Shown: positions 32,216-44,477, counted from the whole stretch's first letter. The stretch: 63,649 nt of DNA, filler included, from Asterionella formosa (GCA_002256025.1; 21 parts of 21 records of this genome joined end to end with filler, not necessarily neighbours in it); one strand, 5' to 3'. Numbers and translations are program-made. Notes: a model not told the origin generated them from the sequence alone.

Positions 32216-33114
32216 GTTAATGAACACACTATGGAGTACAATTATTAGAAGTGTTTTTGTGTCATGCCAAAATTTGCATGAACCAAGGTCTTTGCCCTAT
32301 TGCGTTTAGTTGTGACGCCAGGGTGCACTTTTCTACTATATACGCAAAGTAGAATCAGTACTTAAAGTTTTCTTGCAGACTTTAGTAGGCTACTGTTTTC
32401 CCTTGACCCAAATCGAGTTGTGCTGCTCCTCTACAAGANNNNNNNNNNNNNNNNNNNNNNNNNNNNNNNNNNNNNNNNNNNNTTAATTAATTAANNNNNN
32501 NNNNNNNNNNNNNNNNNNNNNNNNNNNNNNNNNNNNNNACAACAACTTCTATAGATCATTTGCCAAAGGAGCAATCCGGAAGCAATCATGCTGAATCCCA
32601 TGGGATTGTTTTGCCAGCAGGTGAGGAAACCATGTTTGGGAATACACACAACTGTTGTCGACTACATACCGGTATACAGGTACAAAATTTTAAAAAAATA
32701 TAGATGCATCTCAATTGATTTCGAAATCATGAAACATGTGGGAATCCACGGCGCTTGAAATCTCACTGGACGACGACCACATGATGTGTGTCATAATACA
32801 CTATGTATGAAGCAGAATGTCACTTTGCTATATAATAATTTACCGGTGGTACCTGGTATTGGTACCTGGTACCAGGTCCTGAGGAGGACAGTGTGTTTGG
32901 ATATATAATGATACGATGTATCCTACCAGGAGGTACCAGTACCAGGTGCCGGTATTCAAAGAGGAGTGAGCCAAACAAGCATACCGAGTTTTGTTGTCGT
33001 ACGACGGAGTATGATAAAATCCGGTGGTATATATGTAGTATGTAGTCTACCGGTGTGCATGTGAGCATTGTTGGTACCATATACCGGTTACTCCGTATAT
33101 CCTACCAAGATTCC

Positions 33115-33742
33115 TGTAAGTGCTTAATTCCCGTGAGTACTGGTCCCTCTACAGCTAGTTAAATACTACTTTAGAATCTCAGTTCCTTGTTAATGTAGCT
33201 GCCGCTGGCATCCGTTGCAAGCGTTTCTCCCTCTCAACACACACAGGTTACTGATCCCTTACCAGACTTCCCTCCATCATGCGATCTCCATCGCCTCATG
33301 ATGCCAATGACACTGATGCAGCTGCATTCAGTGGCGAATTGGCTGCATGGCAACAACACAATGCTGGTGCATTATTTCCCCATCCCCATGGTGAACTTTT
33401 GGTGGCACCGCTTAACCCTAACCCTAACCCTAACCAGAACCCTAACCAGAACCCTAACCAGAACCCTAACCAGAACCCTAACCCTACCTGCCATCACCAG
33501 TTCTCCACTAATGCTCAACTTCCGCATTTTGTCCCGCCCTCATCATCCGAGTTCGCTATGGACCCCCGCACGTCTGCGCCTCCTCTTCGCTATTCAGCCC
33601 CGTATTCTATGAGTCCCTACCCACCACCCCATATTTCACCCCGGGCTCTGCCTTCGGCTTCCCCGGCATCCTATCTACACCTTTCTGACCATGCCTCTGC
33701 CTGGTCTGCCCTTTCCGGCCCTTCCTCCCACTCCCACAGCTC
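33115..33742 (+). mobile_element. Putative 5' end of an LTR retrotransposon: short TG...CA LTR (33115-33245), PBS-like GGTTACTGATCCC, Pro/Ser-rich gag-like ORF from 33279
   Basis: TGTAAG...ACACA is immediately followed by a sequence resembling the copia half-tRNAiMet PBS GGTTATGRGCCC. A C-rich ORF is open to the contig end. No diagnostic domain is reached. Confidence 0.4.
33413..33486 (+). repeat. Telomere-like hexamer array (AACCCT)3(AACCAG AACCCT)4 AACCCT inside an ORF
   Basis: Read directly; encodes NPNPNPNQNPNQNPNQNPNQNPNP. Confidence 0.9.
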
Positions 33743-33842
33743 NNNNNNNNNNNNNNNNNNNNNNNNNNNNNNNNNNNNNNNNNNNNTTAATTAATTAANN
33801 NNNNNNNNNNNNNNNNNNNNNNNNNNNNNNNNNNNNNNNNNN

Positions 33843-34823
33843 GTCAGTGGGGAATAAAGACGGTCTTAGGAGTGCCCATTCCGTCCCCTAATGTAGGGCG
33901 TATTGTGGTTTTAATGTATTCACGGTATGATCGCACCCGAGACCAAGAAATGGTGGTGAAATTGGTGAACGAGATGACAAACGTGAGTTTTTAAACCTTT
34001 GCTGATCCGTCAAATGGGATGGATCAAAACTAACTGATCAATATTCTTGTCTTTTTCGTAGCTGTTACCTTCCCCAAAATGGAAACTTGTAGTCGACGTT
34101 GCCCCTAATTCAGAATCACAAGTGAAGAATAAAGGGATTCATGGCGAGATCATGAATCCTGCAGATATAAAAAATGAAAGCATGAAGGATGATGAAATGT
34201 CAGCTCTGATACAGGAGTACATGCCACTGGACTCGACGTCGCCATATCTTCCTGGATTCACGTCACTGTTATTGTTGTTGCGGAAACGAACGTCGCACAC
34301 TCCTCGTGAGGCAGAAAATTTAAAAACGTTGACAAATCAATTCGTTACATACATGAGTCAGAATAAATCACGCCACGACGTGGCTATATTACTGGCTCGT
34401 GATTTTATGGCGATCACGCAACAACAGCAACTTAATATCCAAGCTCAACCGCAACAGCCCCTTGAACAGCAGCAAACCCAACCTCTTTCTTTCGTGTCAC
34501 ACCCCCATCCCCTTCAGGGAATACAAGGGTCTGTTTCTAACCATCAGCTGCTGCAACTGACACCAGCACAACTTTCCTTGGTATCCGGGGGAGGATTGAC
34601 TCCAGTACTTTTGTCCCATCCTTCACACCAACAAGACCTGCTGCATCATGCTCGTGTTCACTTGGATCCTCTGAGTCAATTGCAGCCGCAGCAGCAAATG
34701 CAGCAAGCTTTAGCGCAGGGTGCCTTTCCCGCTCGTACCAAGCCGGCAGAGGTAGTCGGACAACATAATCCACACCATTATTCTCAGCAATCGCAACAAG
34801 GTTCGTCATCGAATAACTTTTGA
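33843..34823 (+). CDS. Second allele/paralog of the gene at 31235-32215; intron 33983-34061
   Basis: Contig 33843-35046 has the same start, end and length as 31235-32438. The 233-aa ORFs differ at 19 residues. Confidence 0.65.
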
Positions 34824-36592
34824 GTTAATGAACACACGATGGAGTACAATTATTAGAAGTGTTTTTGTGTCATGCCAAAATTTGCATGAACAAAGGTCTT
34901 TGCCCTATTGCGTCTAGTCGTGACGCCAGGGTGCACTTTTCTACTATATACGCAAAGTAGAATCAGTACTTAAAGTTTTCTTGCAGACTTTAGTAGGCTA
35001 CTGTTTTCCCTTGACCCAAATCGAGTTGTGCTGCTCCTCTACAAGANNNNNNNNNNNNNNNNNNNNNNNNNNNNNNNNNNNNNNNNNNNNTTAATTAATT
35101 AANNNNNNNNNNNNNNNNNNNNNNNNNNNNNNNNNNNNNNNNNNNNCTTGCTGCACGGTATGTACATGATCTACTGAATTTCCCAAGGTCACAACCAAGT
35201 TCTTCCATTCATTTGCGCCTATGTGACCTGCTATGAACTACATATTGCCTCAGAATGCCAATGAACAGCTAGAGACATTTTTGTATGAACTAGCTACCCT
35301 TCATGCAGAAAGATATGCGCCTAATTAACAGTGTGGTACACTCATGAGTTATGAAGAAAAAGAAAACAGGAGGAGTTCTGTTACTATTACTGATACTAGT
35401 ACAATGAATCCAGATGCAAAATGCAAGTGGTTCACCTACTAAAACTGTTGCTACATTGTTTGGCTGGAATTACTAATACTTCTACCATCCCCACCACAAC
35501 ACCGAAGAAAAACCGGACAAGTGGGACCATTGAATTTGAAGAGATTTTTGTGTCTGCCAAAACTCTTGTAAGAAGCTTGAGTTGGACTTGAATCTTGGGA
35601 GGAAAATGGAGCATTTCCTCCACGCAGATGTCACTGAATAAATGTAACTCGCTGATGTTGAATTCATCAAGGCGATCATCGTATGCTCCCAGAATCACCG
35701 AAACAACAACAGGGACACTTTCCACAGTATCCTCCATTCAAAATTCTCCAAAGGTTACAGATGTAGTAGCAAAGGTTGATTGTAGAGTTCATTGGCTAAT
35801 AAAATCAAGCAATTACACGTTGAGGATAGCAACAGCCAACCAGCAAGGAATGATATTAATTTTACATGATGTTTAATGTGCATGATGCAATGTTGGAGAT
35901 GAATATTAAACAGGTGCTCATGTGCAATGATTATATTTAAAAATGACTCCATACCGACATCCTGTCCTCACTTCACCACATTCCACCTCCATAGTAGACC
36001 GCCTACTGGTACCTGGAACTATGGTTTCACACTGCAATTTCACATTTCGAGTGAAGCAATGCAATAGATATAAGAATCTGGATTCCTTTTCTTCTTGTTT
36101 AATGCATGCTGTGTTCTCGCGAAGAACGTTGGCTGATTGCTGATGGCTGATGATATGTGCAATGGTTTATGAAGGCACCATCAGGTGGAGCCATGCGAGT
36201 GCCAGGTAGTCTACGTACCGGTAGTCTACCTTTTTCTCATAAACATAATGTGCACAGGTGAACATTTGGGATTTCCTTGCGCATCATCAAGATATATACT
36301 CAAGGAGTACTGCTACCAGCAAGTGGTTAAAAGGCGGTTCTTACTTAAAGTAAAGAACGTCTAAATTTCTTATCGCAACTTGCTCCTGGTATCATGTGGT
36401 GAGTACCGGTACCTTGCAATTTTGTTTTGTCATGATCTAGCTTGCTTAAATAGTACTGGTAAACACTCTACATAAATATACTCAGTATGCAAACGCATAC
36501 CGGGCACCGGCATTGCTGTATTATCCTCTGTATATTGATAGAAAGTACCAGAACTGTATGTACTGTGAATTCAAAGATAAATATATCTAGTA

Positions 36593-37085
36593 TGTAAAGA
36601 ATAAATACTTTATATAAATGCATAGTACACTGAAGTACTGTATAGGCATTTCAAAGTATTAAATTTTTTACATAGATCTATATTGTTAGAAAAAGAAGGC
36701 TATAGATGGAGCCATTTGCTTCTCTTTCATTTCTATATTCTTATTGTGAGCTGGAAAACTTGTTTAGGTTGTTTGGTTTGAATAATCAAATGAACAACTG
36801 TTCTCCAAATGCTGTTTGCATTTCTAGAAACATACATTCATAGATAGACCCATGTCTATCTCACACTTAATGATCATAGGTGTATAACCATTGACCATTC
36901 AATTCAAACTATTGGTCTTCTGAATAACTCATATTGTCTGGCTCATTACAGTCAGCCAGAGTTAGAATGTGTGGTTGATGAGAGCTGGGTACATGAAAGT
37001 CGAGTCATAGGACTCAATTGACTCATTTGACTTTGACTCAGAATATGTATGTACCTGGTACCGTAGACGATGAGCTCACTTAAAA
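36593..37085 (-). mobile_element. Degenerate solo LTR of the Copia family at 58541-59743 / 62448-63649 (left edge approximate)
   Basis: 36665-37085 aligns colinearly with 62450-62856 (e.g. TTCTCCAAATGCTGTTTGCATTTCTAGA, TAGATAGACCCATGTCTATCTCACACTTA, GATGAGCTCACTT). No pol sequence is adjacent. Confidence 0.9.
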
Positions 37086-37229
37086 ATAGGCAATCACTCC
37101 CCTCATCGCTCGCCACTGATTATAGTCATTCACTGACCCAACACCGCCCCATCATCAGGCACAACGTTCCCCTCGAGCATCAGGCCAAAGTCAACACCGC
37201 ACACACGACTGTATTCTATCTACTTGAAA

Positions 37230-38149
37230 ATGGCGGACGCATGGGACGACTCTGACGATGAATGGGACAACGATGATGACGAAATTGATGCTCGTCTGAG
37301 CAAATTGTCGCTTCCAGCGAAGGCTTCTGCTGGTTCTGGTGCTGCTACTGTTCCCCAATTCGACGACGACGAAGACCTAGCCAAGGTCGAAAAGGCCAAG
37401 CAAGAACAGGCCAACCTCACGGAACTGAAGAAGAAGGGAAACGCCTTGGCCGCCAAGAAGCAGGCGGATCTGGATCGTAAGATTGAAGAAGAAGTGGCTC
37501 GCAAAGTGATGGAAATGGAAGCCGAGTTCGAGGCCGACATGGACCCCGACGAGCTTAAGCGCCTCAAGCGGCAACAAGTGGAAGATGCGGACAACGCGCT
37601 GACTGACGATTTGTTCGGGACGGTTGACAATCGGACGACTCCGGGGCCTGCGCAAGCAGTGGGGGATAGAGTGGTTATGAAGGACTTGAAAGATCATTTG
37701 AAGCATGCTAAGAAGGTGGCGTCTTGTATGAAGGTGCGTGTCATGAAAGATAGGAAGAGCTTTCTTTTTGGAAAAGTAACTTGGGATTTCTGACTCGTGC
37801 TGCTTCCTTTTACTTTTACATTCACATTCGCATCCAAATTATATATTATTCTTAGGGCCACGGAAATGTTCACCTTGCCACTGCCTTTATGAAGGAGTTG
37901 ATTACTGAAAGCAAGGACGTCTTGGACGATGCCGCTATTTCAGAAATTATCAAGACGTGCAATGTCATTAAAAATGATTTGGTGCAAGCGGCGAAACGAA
38001 AGGTCAAGGGTCAGGCACAAAAGGCGGCCAAACGGGACAAAGTGGCGGAATTGAAGGCACGCAAGCTGCAAGAAGAACTATATGGAGAAAACGACAAGTA
38101 CGATGCGTATGACGAGTATGCAGATGATTATGCGGATTCATTCTTTTAG
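37230..38149 (+). CDS. eIF3j: Eukaryotic translation initiation factor 3 subunit J, 2 exons (intron 37734-37855)
   Basis: Acidic MADAWDDSDDEWD start and LKRQQVEDADNALTDDLFG motif. The GT-AG intron joins exon 1 in frame to GHGNVHLATAFMKEL...YDEYADDYADSFF. Confidence 0.9.
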
Positions 38150-38330
38150 GTAGAATAGATCTGTTTGTATGTCTTGACCCATCAGTGATCACTCTGCCTG
38201 TAGTGGTTGTGTTATTGTGGTAAACAACGATAATCATATTGTGGATTACAAACATTTTATTCCATCACATGACATATAATCGTCTACATTCTATCATCTC
38301 ATAGATAAAGTTTACATTTTCGAAAATTAA

Positions 38331-39710
38331 TTAGCAAAGAGACTGCAAACACTCGGGCAATCGCTCATTCCCATCGCCACCAGGCCACACTAGTCCCCAT
38401 TCGTCTATAAAGTCCCTATTCCAAAACCTAGTCACATGCCGATTTCCTGAATCGCAAATGACCGTAACAACAGTAGCACCTTCTGGCAACTGCAACGCCG
38501 TCTTGATCGCTCCCACGACATTCATACTCGACGAGCTCCCGACCCACAATCCTTCATGATGTAGTAAATAATGCGCCATATCCACAGCCTCTTGGTCTGA
38601 CACCCGTATGGCATACTGTATGCTGTCCAATCCCAATTGGAAATTGCGTGTCATACGATCCAGTCCAATACCTTCGGCAATGGTATCGTATCGATGTTTC
38701 TTTAGAGATCGTTCACTCTGTTGTGGTGCATAGACAATGCCATGAGTGATTCTATTATACAGGGCACTCCCCGGCGGGTCCACAAGGACGATTCGAATGT
38801 TTGGTTTCCGGGAAAGCAGGTATTGCCCGACTCCAGCAATAGTCCCACCAGTCCCCGAGGACATGCAAAACGCGTCTAGTTGAGGACACTGTTGGTATAG
38901 TTCTGGACCTGTGGTGGTGTAGTGAATGTGAAAATTCGCCTCATTTTCAAATTGGTTTATAAATGAAGCCTTGATATGGAACCTAGTTCTTGCTACTTCT
39001 GCAATGTCCCTTGCGACGTTGACGTAATGTTGTGGATTGGAAATGGAAGCTGTAGGGACAACATGCACTACAGCTCCCAATGCAGTTAGTATTCGTGTCT
39101 TTTCGTCAGCTTGGTCATCAGGGAGGACTACCAAACATGCATGTCCACGAGCAGTGCACAGCGTGGCCAAACTGATTCCAGTTGACCCCGAGGTCCCTTC
39201 TACAACCAGTCCTCCGGTGCGGGAGGTACGCATGGCATTGTGAATCAAAAGCTCCATCGCTATGACGGCGTCGGATGATGACTTTGTGTCATGAAGGGGA
39301 TTGTTTCCTGTATTGCTATTATTATAATTATGATCAATACCAGCAGTAGTCGACAAAATAGGAGACGGCGTTGGAAGTTCGCCACTTGCCTCTGCATTCG
39401 TAATCATGGCCAAAGCGGCTCGATCCTTTCCTGTTCCTCCTGGATTTAATGATTCCATTTTGACCAAAATATTCCGTTTGGTAATGTTGGATAAGCCCTG
39501 GAGTTTGACCATGGGCGTGTTTCCAATCAGCGATTCATAAGCAAGGCTGCTACTGCAGCTGACATCTCGTCGCTTCTTACGGTGTCGTCGACATTGTAGC
39601 ACAGTCATGATAGTAGAGCTTGTAATCAAAGTAGCAGCAGCAACCATTATGGCGGCAATGGGTATTGCTAATACTAGCAAAGAAGATGAGGATGCTCGGA
39701 TGCTTGACAT
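38331..39710 (-). CDS. Cysteine synthase-like PLP enzyme with N-terminal TM anchor (mitochondrial MCY1/cys12-like)
   Basis: LIGNTPMV, KMESLNPGGTGKDR, EGTSGSTGISLA, NQFEN, SGTGGTIAG, EGLWVGSSS and VTVICDSG motifs. Hydrophobic N-terminal helix; start taken as ATG 39710 just below the gap. Confidence 0.92.
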   Translation of the reverse strand: MSSIRASSSSLLVLAIPIAAIMVAAATLITSSTIMTVLQCRRHRKKRRDVSCSSSLAYESLIGNTPMVKLQGLSNITKRNILVKMESLNPGGTGKDRAALAMITNAEASGELPTPSPILSTTAGIDHNYNNSNTGNNPLHDTKSSSDAVIAMELLIHNAMRTSRTGGLVVEGTSGSTGISLATLCTARGHACLVVLPDDQADEKTRILTALGAVVHVVPTASISNPQHYVNVARDIAEVARTRFHIKASFINQFENEANFHIHYTTTGPELYQQCPQLDAFCMSSGTGGTIAGVGQYLLSRKPNIRIVLVDPPGSALYNRITHGIVYAPQQSERSLKKHRYDTIAEGIGLDRMTRNFQLGLDSIQYAIRVSDQEAVDMAHYLLHHEGLWVGSSSSMNVVGAIKTALQLPEGATVVTVICDSGNRHVTRFWNRDFIDEWGLVWPGGDGNERLPECLQSLC

Positions 39711-41322
39711 GACATTGTTTTGTTGATTTTTAAGGCCAATTANNNNNNNNNNNNNNNNNNNNNNNNNNNNNNNNNNNNNNNNNNNNNNNNNNNNNNNNNN
39801 NNNNNNNNNNNNNNNNNNNNNNNNNNNNNNNNNNNNNNNNNNNNNNNNNNNNNNNNNNNNNNNNNNNNNNNNNNNNNNNNNNNNNNNNNNNNNNNNNNNN
39901 NNNNNNNNNNNNNNNNNNNNNNNNNNNNNNNNNNNNNNNNNNNNNNNNNNNNNNNNNNNNNNNNNNNNNNNNNNNNNNNNNNNNNNNNNNNNNNNNNNNN
40001 NNNNNNNNNNNNNNNNNNNNNNNNNNNNNNNNNNNNNNNNNNNNNNNNNNNNNNNNNNNNNNNNNNNNNNNNNNNNNNNNNNNNNNNNNNNNNNNNNNNN
40101 NNNNNNNNNNNNNNNNNNNNNNNNNNNNNNNNNNNNNNNNNNNNNNNNNNNNNNNNNNNNNNNNNNNNNNNNNNNNNNNNNNNNNNNNNNNNNNNNNNNN
40201 NNNNNNNNNNNNNNNNNNNNNNNNNNNNNNNNNNNNNNNNNNNNNNNNNNNNNNNNNNNNNNNNNNNNNCTAGAAACAATATTTTCCAAAGGCAGTAAGT
40301 AGCATAGCTATCCACAGGAGGATTGAAAATGGTAGATTTAACAATCAAGCAAGGAATCAGAGGGATGCAAGTTTTCTTATATCATAAGTATGCACAGGGC
40401 AATGTCTCAAAAATGATCAACATTGCTTCAAGAATCAAGTCAACTAGAGTCAGGAACAATTTTCAGTACCATAGCTGACATATTATCAATATGAGAAAGC
40501 TTTTTGGGGAGGAAAAATTAATCATTGATATTGGCAATACTTTGAGCCCAGAAAGACATCTTAAAACTGACTCAATGATAATGCGAATTATGGCCAACAA
40601 AGTTATCTGTCATCGCAACCGGAACTCTATGTTTACCGGTACCAGAACCAGGGTACCAGGTACTATAATAGGGAGTATCAGGTACATAAACAAAGAAAGT
40701 GGAGAATGCGGGAATCGTGGTCCAATGGGCTGTGTGGAGAAATATCATAAACCCTGTTGAAAGTTCATGTACTCCTTCCTGTCTGATGGTGGGTATCCTC
40801 TTACGTAGGTTTTACCTGTTGTACAACTAGTACTGTTATCATCTTCTCATGCTGCTAGCCTCTGTGCTAGTTTTTGCTATTGACCTTACTCTGTGATTGT
40901 TTCTCACTGTTTCTTAATTATAAGCTTCAACTAAAACCGAATTTCAATCCCATTCATAACACTTTGAGAAACTGCTCTTTGTATTACCTTCTCGCTGATG
41001 CAAGCCTTCTTCTGATTGATCCAAAACATACATCTTGTTAGCATGCTTCTTGACATGGGAAAAACCATTTGACTCATTGGACAACAGTCGAGTCCACAGT
41101 CTTAGTGACTCGTAATGGCCATTCGCGCTCAGGTACCTGGTTACCGGTAGGCAGGGAAAATAAGATACCGGCACCGGTAGTTAGTTACCGGTAGTTAGTT
41201 AGCTTTCGTTTTCATATGAATATAATTATCATAGTAAAGGTAAGAACCGTCTTTTAACGTACAATCTTCCCATGCACTATTACACCAGTACCCTTTAATC
41301 GAGAGAACATACAACACCGAGA

Positions 41323-43974
41323 ATGATGCTCCTTCGCTTTGTGCAGCGCAAGGGGGTATCAAAATGTATACGATGCCATGTCAATGGAAGCCTCCTCCGC
41401 ATCATCAGATTGAAATCCTCGTTGCCGGGCTCTTCGTCCTGGGGAAGCAATGCAACGAGATTAATCAACGCGGAAAAAGGCACTTGGACAAGTTCAGATT
41501 GGGAATCCGCGAGAAATGGATTAAGGAGGCATTGGAAGTGGGAACAACAAAAGTCGGCGAAAGCCTCGGAAATGTCATGGAGTTTATTGGACCGTATGTT
41601 CATAGAAGAAACCATCCGGAGAGAATTCCATGGGACTATTCCAGATGACACAAAACTCGATCATTCAGACCTATTGCATGGATTCGTATTTGCATGGAGC
41701 GAAGGACCGGATGATGTCCTATCCGTCAAGGAGCTTTGGAAGAAGCTAGAGTCATACAGAGCGATGGGGTTATGTCCCATGATTGATAGTTACAATATAC
41801 TGCTGCATGTTGCCATCAAATGGGGACTTACGGATGCTCACGGATTTGCGGACCATGTTCTATGGACACTCCAACACGATACACATAACATTGTTCTGCC
41901 TGATAGAATCACCTTTCATATCGCCCTAAACGCATGGGCGAAAAGTGGCGCATCTGATTCTCTGGAACGAGCAGAAGACATATTCAAAACCATGAAGGAC
42001 TTGGCAGCTCATCATGGACGCGAAGATCTAGTTCCCAATCAAATGACAATTAATACATTGATTACTGCCTGCGCCCATACATCACAACCCGGAGCACCAT
42101 TCAGAGCGGAGGAACTATTACTAGAGTCTCCAAATCCTGACTACGTCACACACAGTGCTGTTATGAACGCTTGGGCGAACAGTGATGCTCCGGATGCTCC
42201 TGATAGATGTAACAGAGCCTTTCGGCATATGCAACGCTCGTACAAAGACGAAGGCGATGAAACCAAACCGGACACTGTAAGCTACGGGACGCTCATTTCA
42301 GCATATGCAAGGAAAGGAAGAGTTAAGGAAGCCGAGACCATATTGAAAGAACAAATCGATGCATATGAAAGGACTATGGCAAATTGTTTGTTTCCCAGCC
42401 GAATTGTTTTTAATGCAATGATTGATGCATATGCCAAAAGTGGTGAGAAAGGAGCAGCCCAAATGGCAGAATCATACCTAATTAAGATGCAGAAATTGGC
42501 AGAAGAGCGGATGGATGACAACCTTTTTCCAAATGTTATTTCGTATTCTACTGTATTGCATGCCTACGCGAGATCCAATGAGCCAGATGCAGCAACCCGA
42601 GCGGAAGAAATTTTGAAAGAAATGATCAGACTTGACGGATTGGGGGTTCCGAATGTCAAACCTAGCATTCATTCATATAGCAATGTGATGGCTTGTTGGG
42701 CACACAAGAGGTCGGAAGAGGGGGCAGCAAGGGCAGAATTATTATTACGAGAAATGATAATGAAGGCTAACTCAGGAGAAGAAGAAATTAGACCAAATAC
42801 CATCTGCTTTGTCACTGTTATTGATGCCGTGGTCAAGAGTCGAGCGAAAGACGCTCCTGAGCGGGCGGAAGCCCTCTTGGCCGAAATGGAACATTTGTCA
42901 ACGAAAAAAATATATGATATTGAAGTGAATCAGCATTGTTTCAGTGCTGTGATTACCGCTTGGTCACAAAGTCAATGCGAGGAGGCCGTTGGTAGAGCAG
43001 AAGAGCTGATAGAAAGGATGAAGCAGATGGCCCGATCTGGTCGACCTGATTTGCAGCCAACTGTGTTTACATATTCCACATTGCTTGCAACATATGCCAA
43101 AAACGGCAAGGCCAAAAAAGCCGAAGATTTACTCAATCTCCTTTGCGATGACTTTATCACTGGAAGGAGCACGATGAAGCCGGATGTTGTTGCCTTTGCT
43201 ATTGTAATCTCAGCTTGGGCTAAATCCAGTGAACACAAGGTTGGAAAGAAAGTTGACAGATTATACGCCCGCATGATAGAAGTTGGTGAACATCCAGATG
43301 TGTCCACATTTACCATGCTTATTTCAGCTTGGGCGAAGGGTGGGAGTCCTCAAGGCCTAGAGAAAGCTGAATTCTACCTGAGTGAGTTAAAGCGACACTA
43401 TGCTGCTGGACAATGTTCGTGCAAACCAAACAGGATGGTGTATACAGCTACACTCAACGCATGGGCTCAGTACAGACATCATCCTGGGGCATTTAGCAGA
43501 ATGGCCGCGATCATTGATGAAATGATTGAACAAGATGCTTCCGGTAATCATGACTGTCGACCAACTGCATACTCGTACAATGCAATAATTTCCTCTATTG
43601 GAAAAAGTGATCTGACTAATAAGGCAGGCAAAGCATTGCAAGTCCTAGCTGAGATGGATGAAAGGAAGATTCCACCAACTAGAACAACCTTCAAAGGCAT
43701 CCTCAAGGCATGTGCCTATTCAAGCGAGTATTCCCAACCAGTTCGGACTAGGGCATACGAAATTGCACAACGAATTTTAGAACGAGCATCCTTAGGACCT
43801 GAGAAGTTAGACCGCGATATATTTTGCTTATTTTTTGAGGCTGCAAATGGTGTGGGCAAGGAGCATGAGTTGGAGGCAGCTTATAGACTTTGCTGTCAAG
43901 AAGGGTTCCAGCATGATGCTAAAGTGCTTCAAGTCTTACAACAAGCAGCACCACATCTTATCAAATCTGAGTAG
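41323..43974 (+). CDS. Pentatricopeptide repeat (PPR) protein, organellar
   Basis: Many diatom-type PPR units (PDTVSYGTLISAYARKG, PNVISYSTVLHAYARS, PTAYSYNAII) and a basic N-terminal presequence. Confidence 0.95.
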   Translation: MMLLRFVQRKGVSKCIRCHVNGSLLRIIRLKSSLPGSSSWGSNATRLINAEKGTWTSSDWESARNGLRRHWKWEQQKSAKASEMSWSLLDRMFIEETIRREFHGTIPDDTKLDHSDLLHGFVFAWSEGPDDVLSVKELWKKLESYRAMGLCPMIDSYNILLHVAIKWGLTDAHGFADHVLWTLQHDTHNIVLPDRITFHIALNAWAKSGASDSLERAEDIFKTMKDLAAHHGREDLVPNQMTINTLITACAHTSQPGAPFRAEELLLESPNPDYVTHSAVMNAWANSDAPDAPDRCNRAFRHMQRSYKDEGDETKPDTVSYGTLISAYARKGRVKEAETILKEQIDAYERTMANCLFPSRIVFNAMIDAYAKSGEKGAAQMAESYLIKMQKLAEERMDDNLFPNVISYSTVLHAYARSNEPDAATRAEEILKEMIRLDGLGVPNVKPSIHSYSNVMACWAHKRSEEGAARAELLLREMIMKANSGEEEIRPNTICFVTVIDAVVKSRAKDAPERAEALLAEMEHLSTKKIYDIEVNQHCFSAVITAWSQSQCEEAVGRAEELIERMKQMARSGRPDLQPTVFTYSTLLATYAKNGKAKKAEDLLNLLCDDFITGRSTMKPDVVAFAIVISAWAKSSEHKVGKKVDRLYARMIEVGEHPDVSTFTMLISAWAKGGSPQGLEKAEFYLSELKRHYAAGQCSCKPNRMVYTATLNAWAQYRHHPGAFSRMAAIIDEMIEQDASGNHDCRPTAYSYNAIISSIGKSDLTNKAGKALQVLAEMDERKIPPTRTTFKGILKACAYSSEYSQPVRTRAYEIAQRILERASLGPEKLDRDIFCLFFEAANGVGKEHELEAAYRLCCQEGFQHDAKVLQVLQQAAPHLIKSE

Positions 43975-44477
43975 CCCCTAATGTAGAAGATACTTCAAAT
44001 ATCTGCAAATGGAAGTAGTATGCCCTCATGTATCGCTATTTTCTAGCCAATAAACGATGAACAGTGAAATGTATGAACACAACTAGAGAGATACTCTGAT
44101 TCGTGTCATGAGATTCTTTCGTGGTGACACTGGTGCCTTTGTCTTTTAGATGAATTGTCTTGTTCAGCTACTTCAGCTACGTGAAATCCTGAACACTGCT
44201 GTCATCATCTGTTATAACACTGTCATCAAGCACTAAAACCAGAGGTGATGACATAATTCATGCTATGGTTGATGTGGGTGTAAATATAATATATTGCATA
44301 CTGCTGGTTGACCATCAAAATATTCTGGAGGGAAATATACATGATCGTCATGGGCCTGTTGCCGTTGAAGATCTGTGTTACAACATGATACACTGTGACA
44401 GAAATTAGTGATACATATGATTTTATGTGGGGAATGGAGAAAATTCAGGTCAGATCTACTGGTAGTTGCTGTTGTTA

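Noticed and set aside
35147..36200. Short ORFs in CpG-poor sequence at the scaffold start
   Set aside because: Probably decayed repeat DNA; no recognisable motif to support a call.
39720..40348. ORFs spanning N gaps (also 46302-46583 and 50286-50705)
   Set aside because: Their length comes from Ns; they are not evidence of coding sequence.
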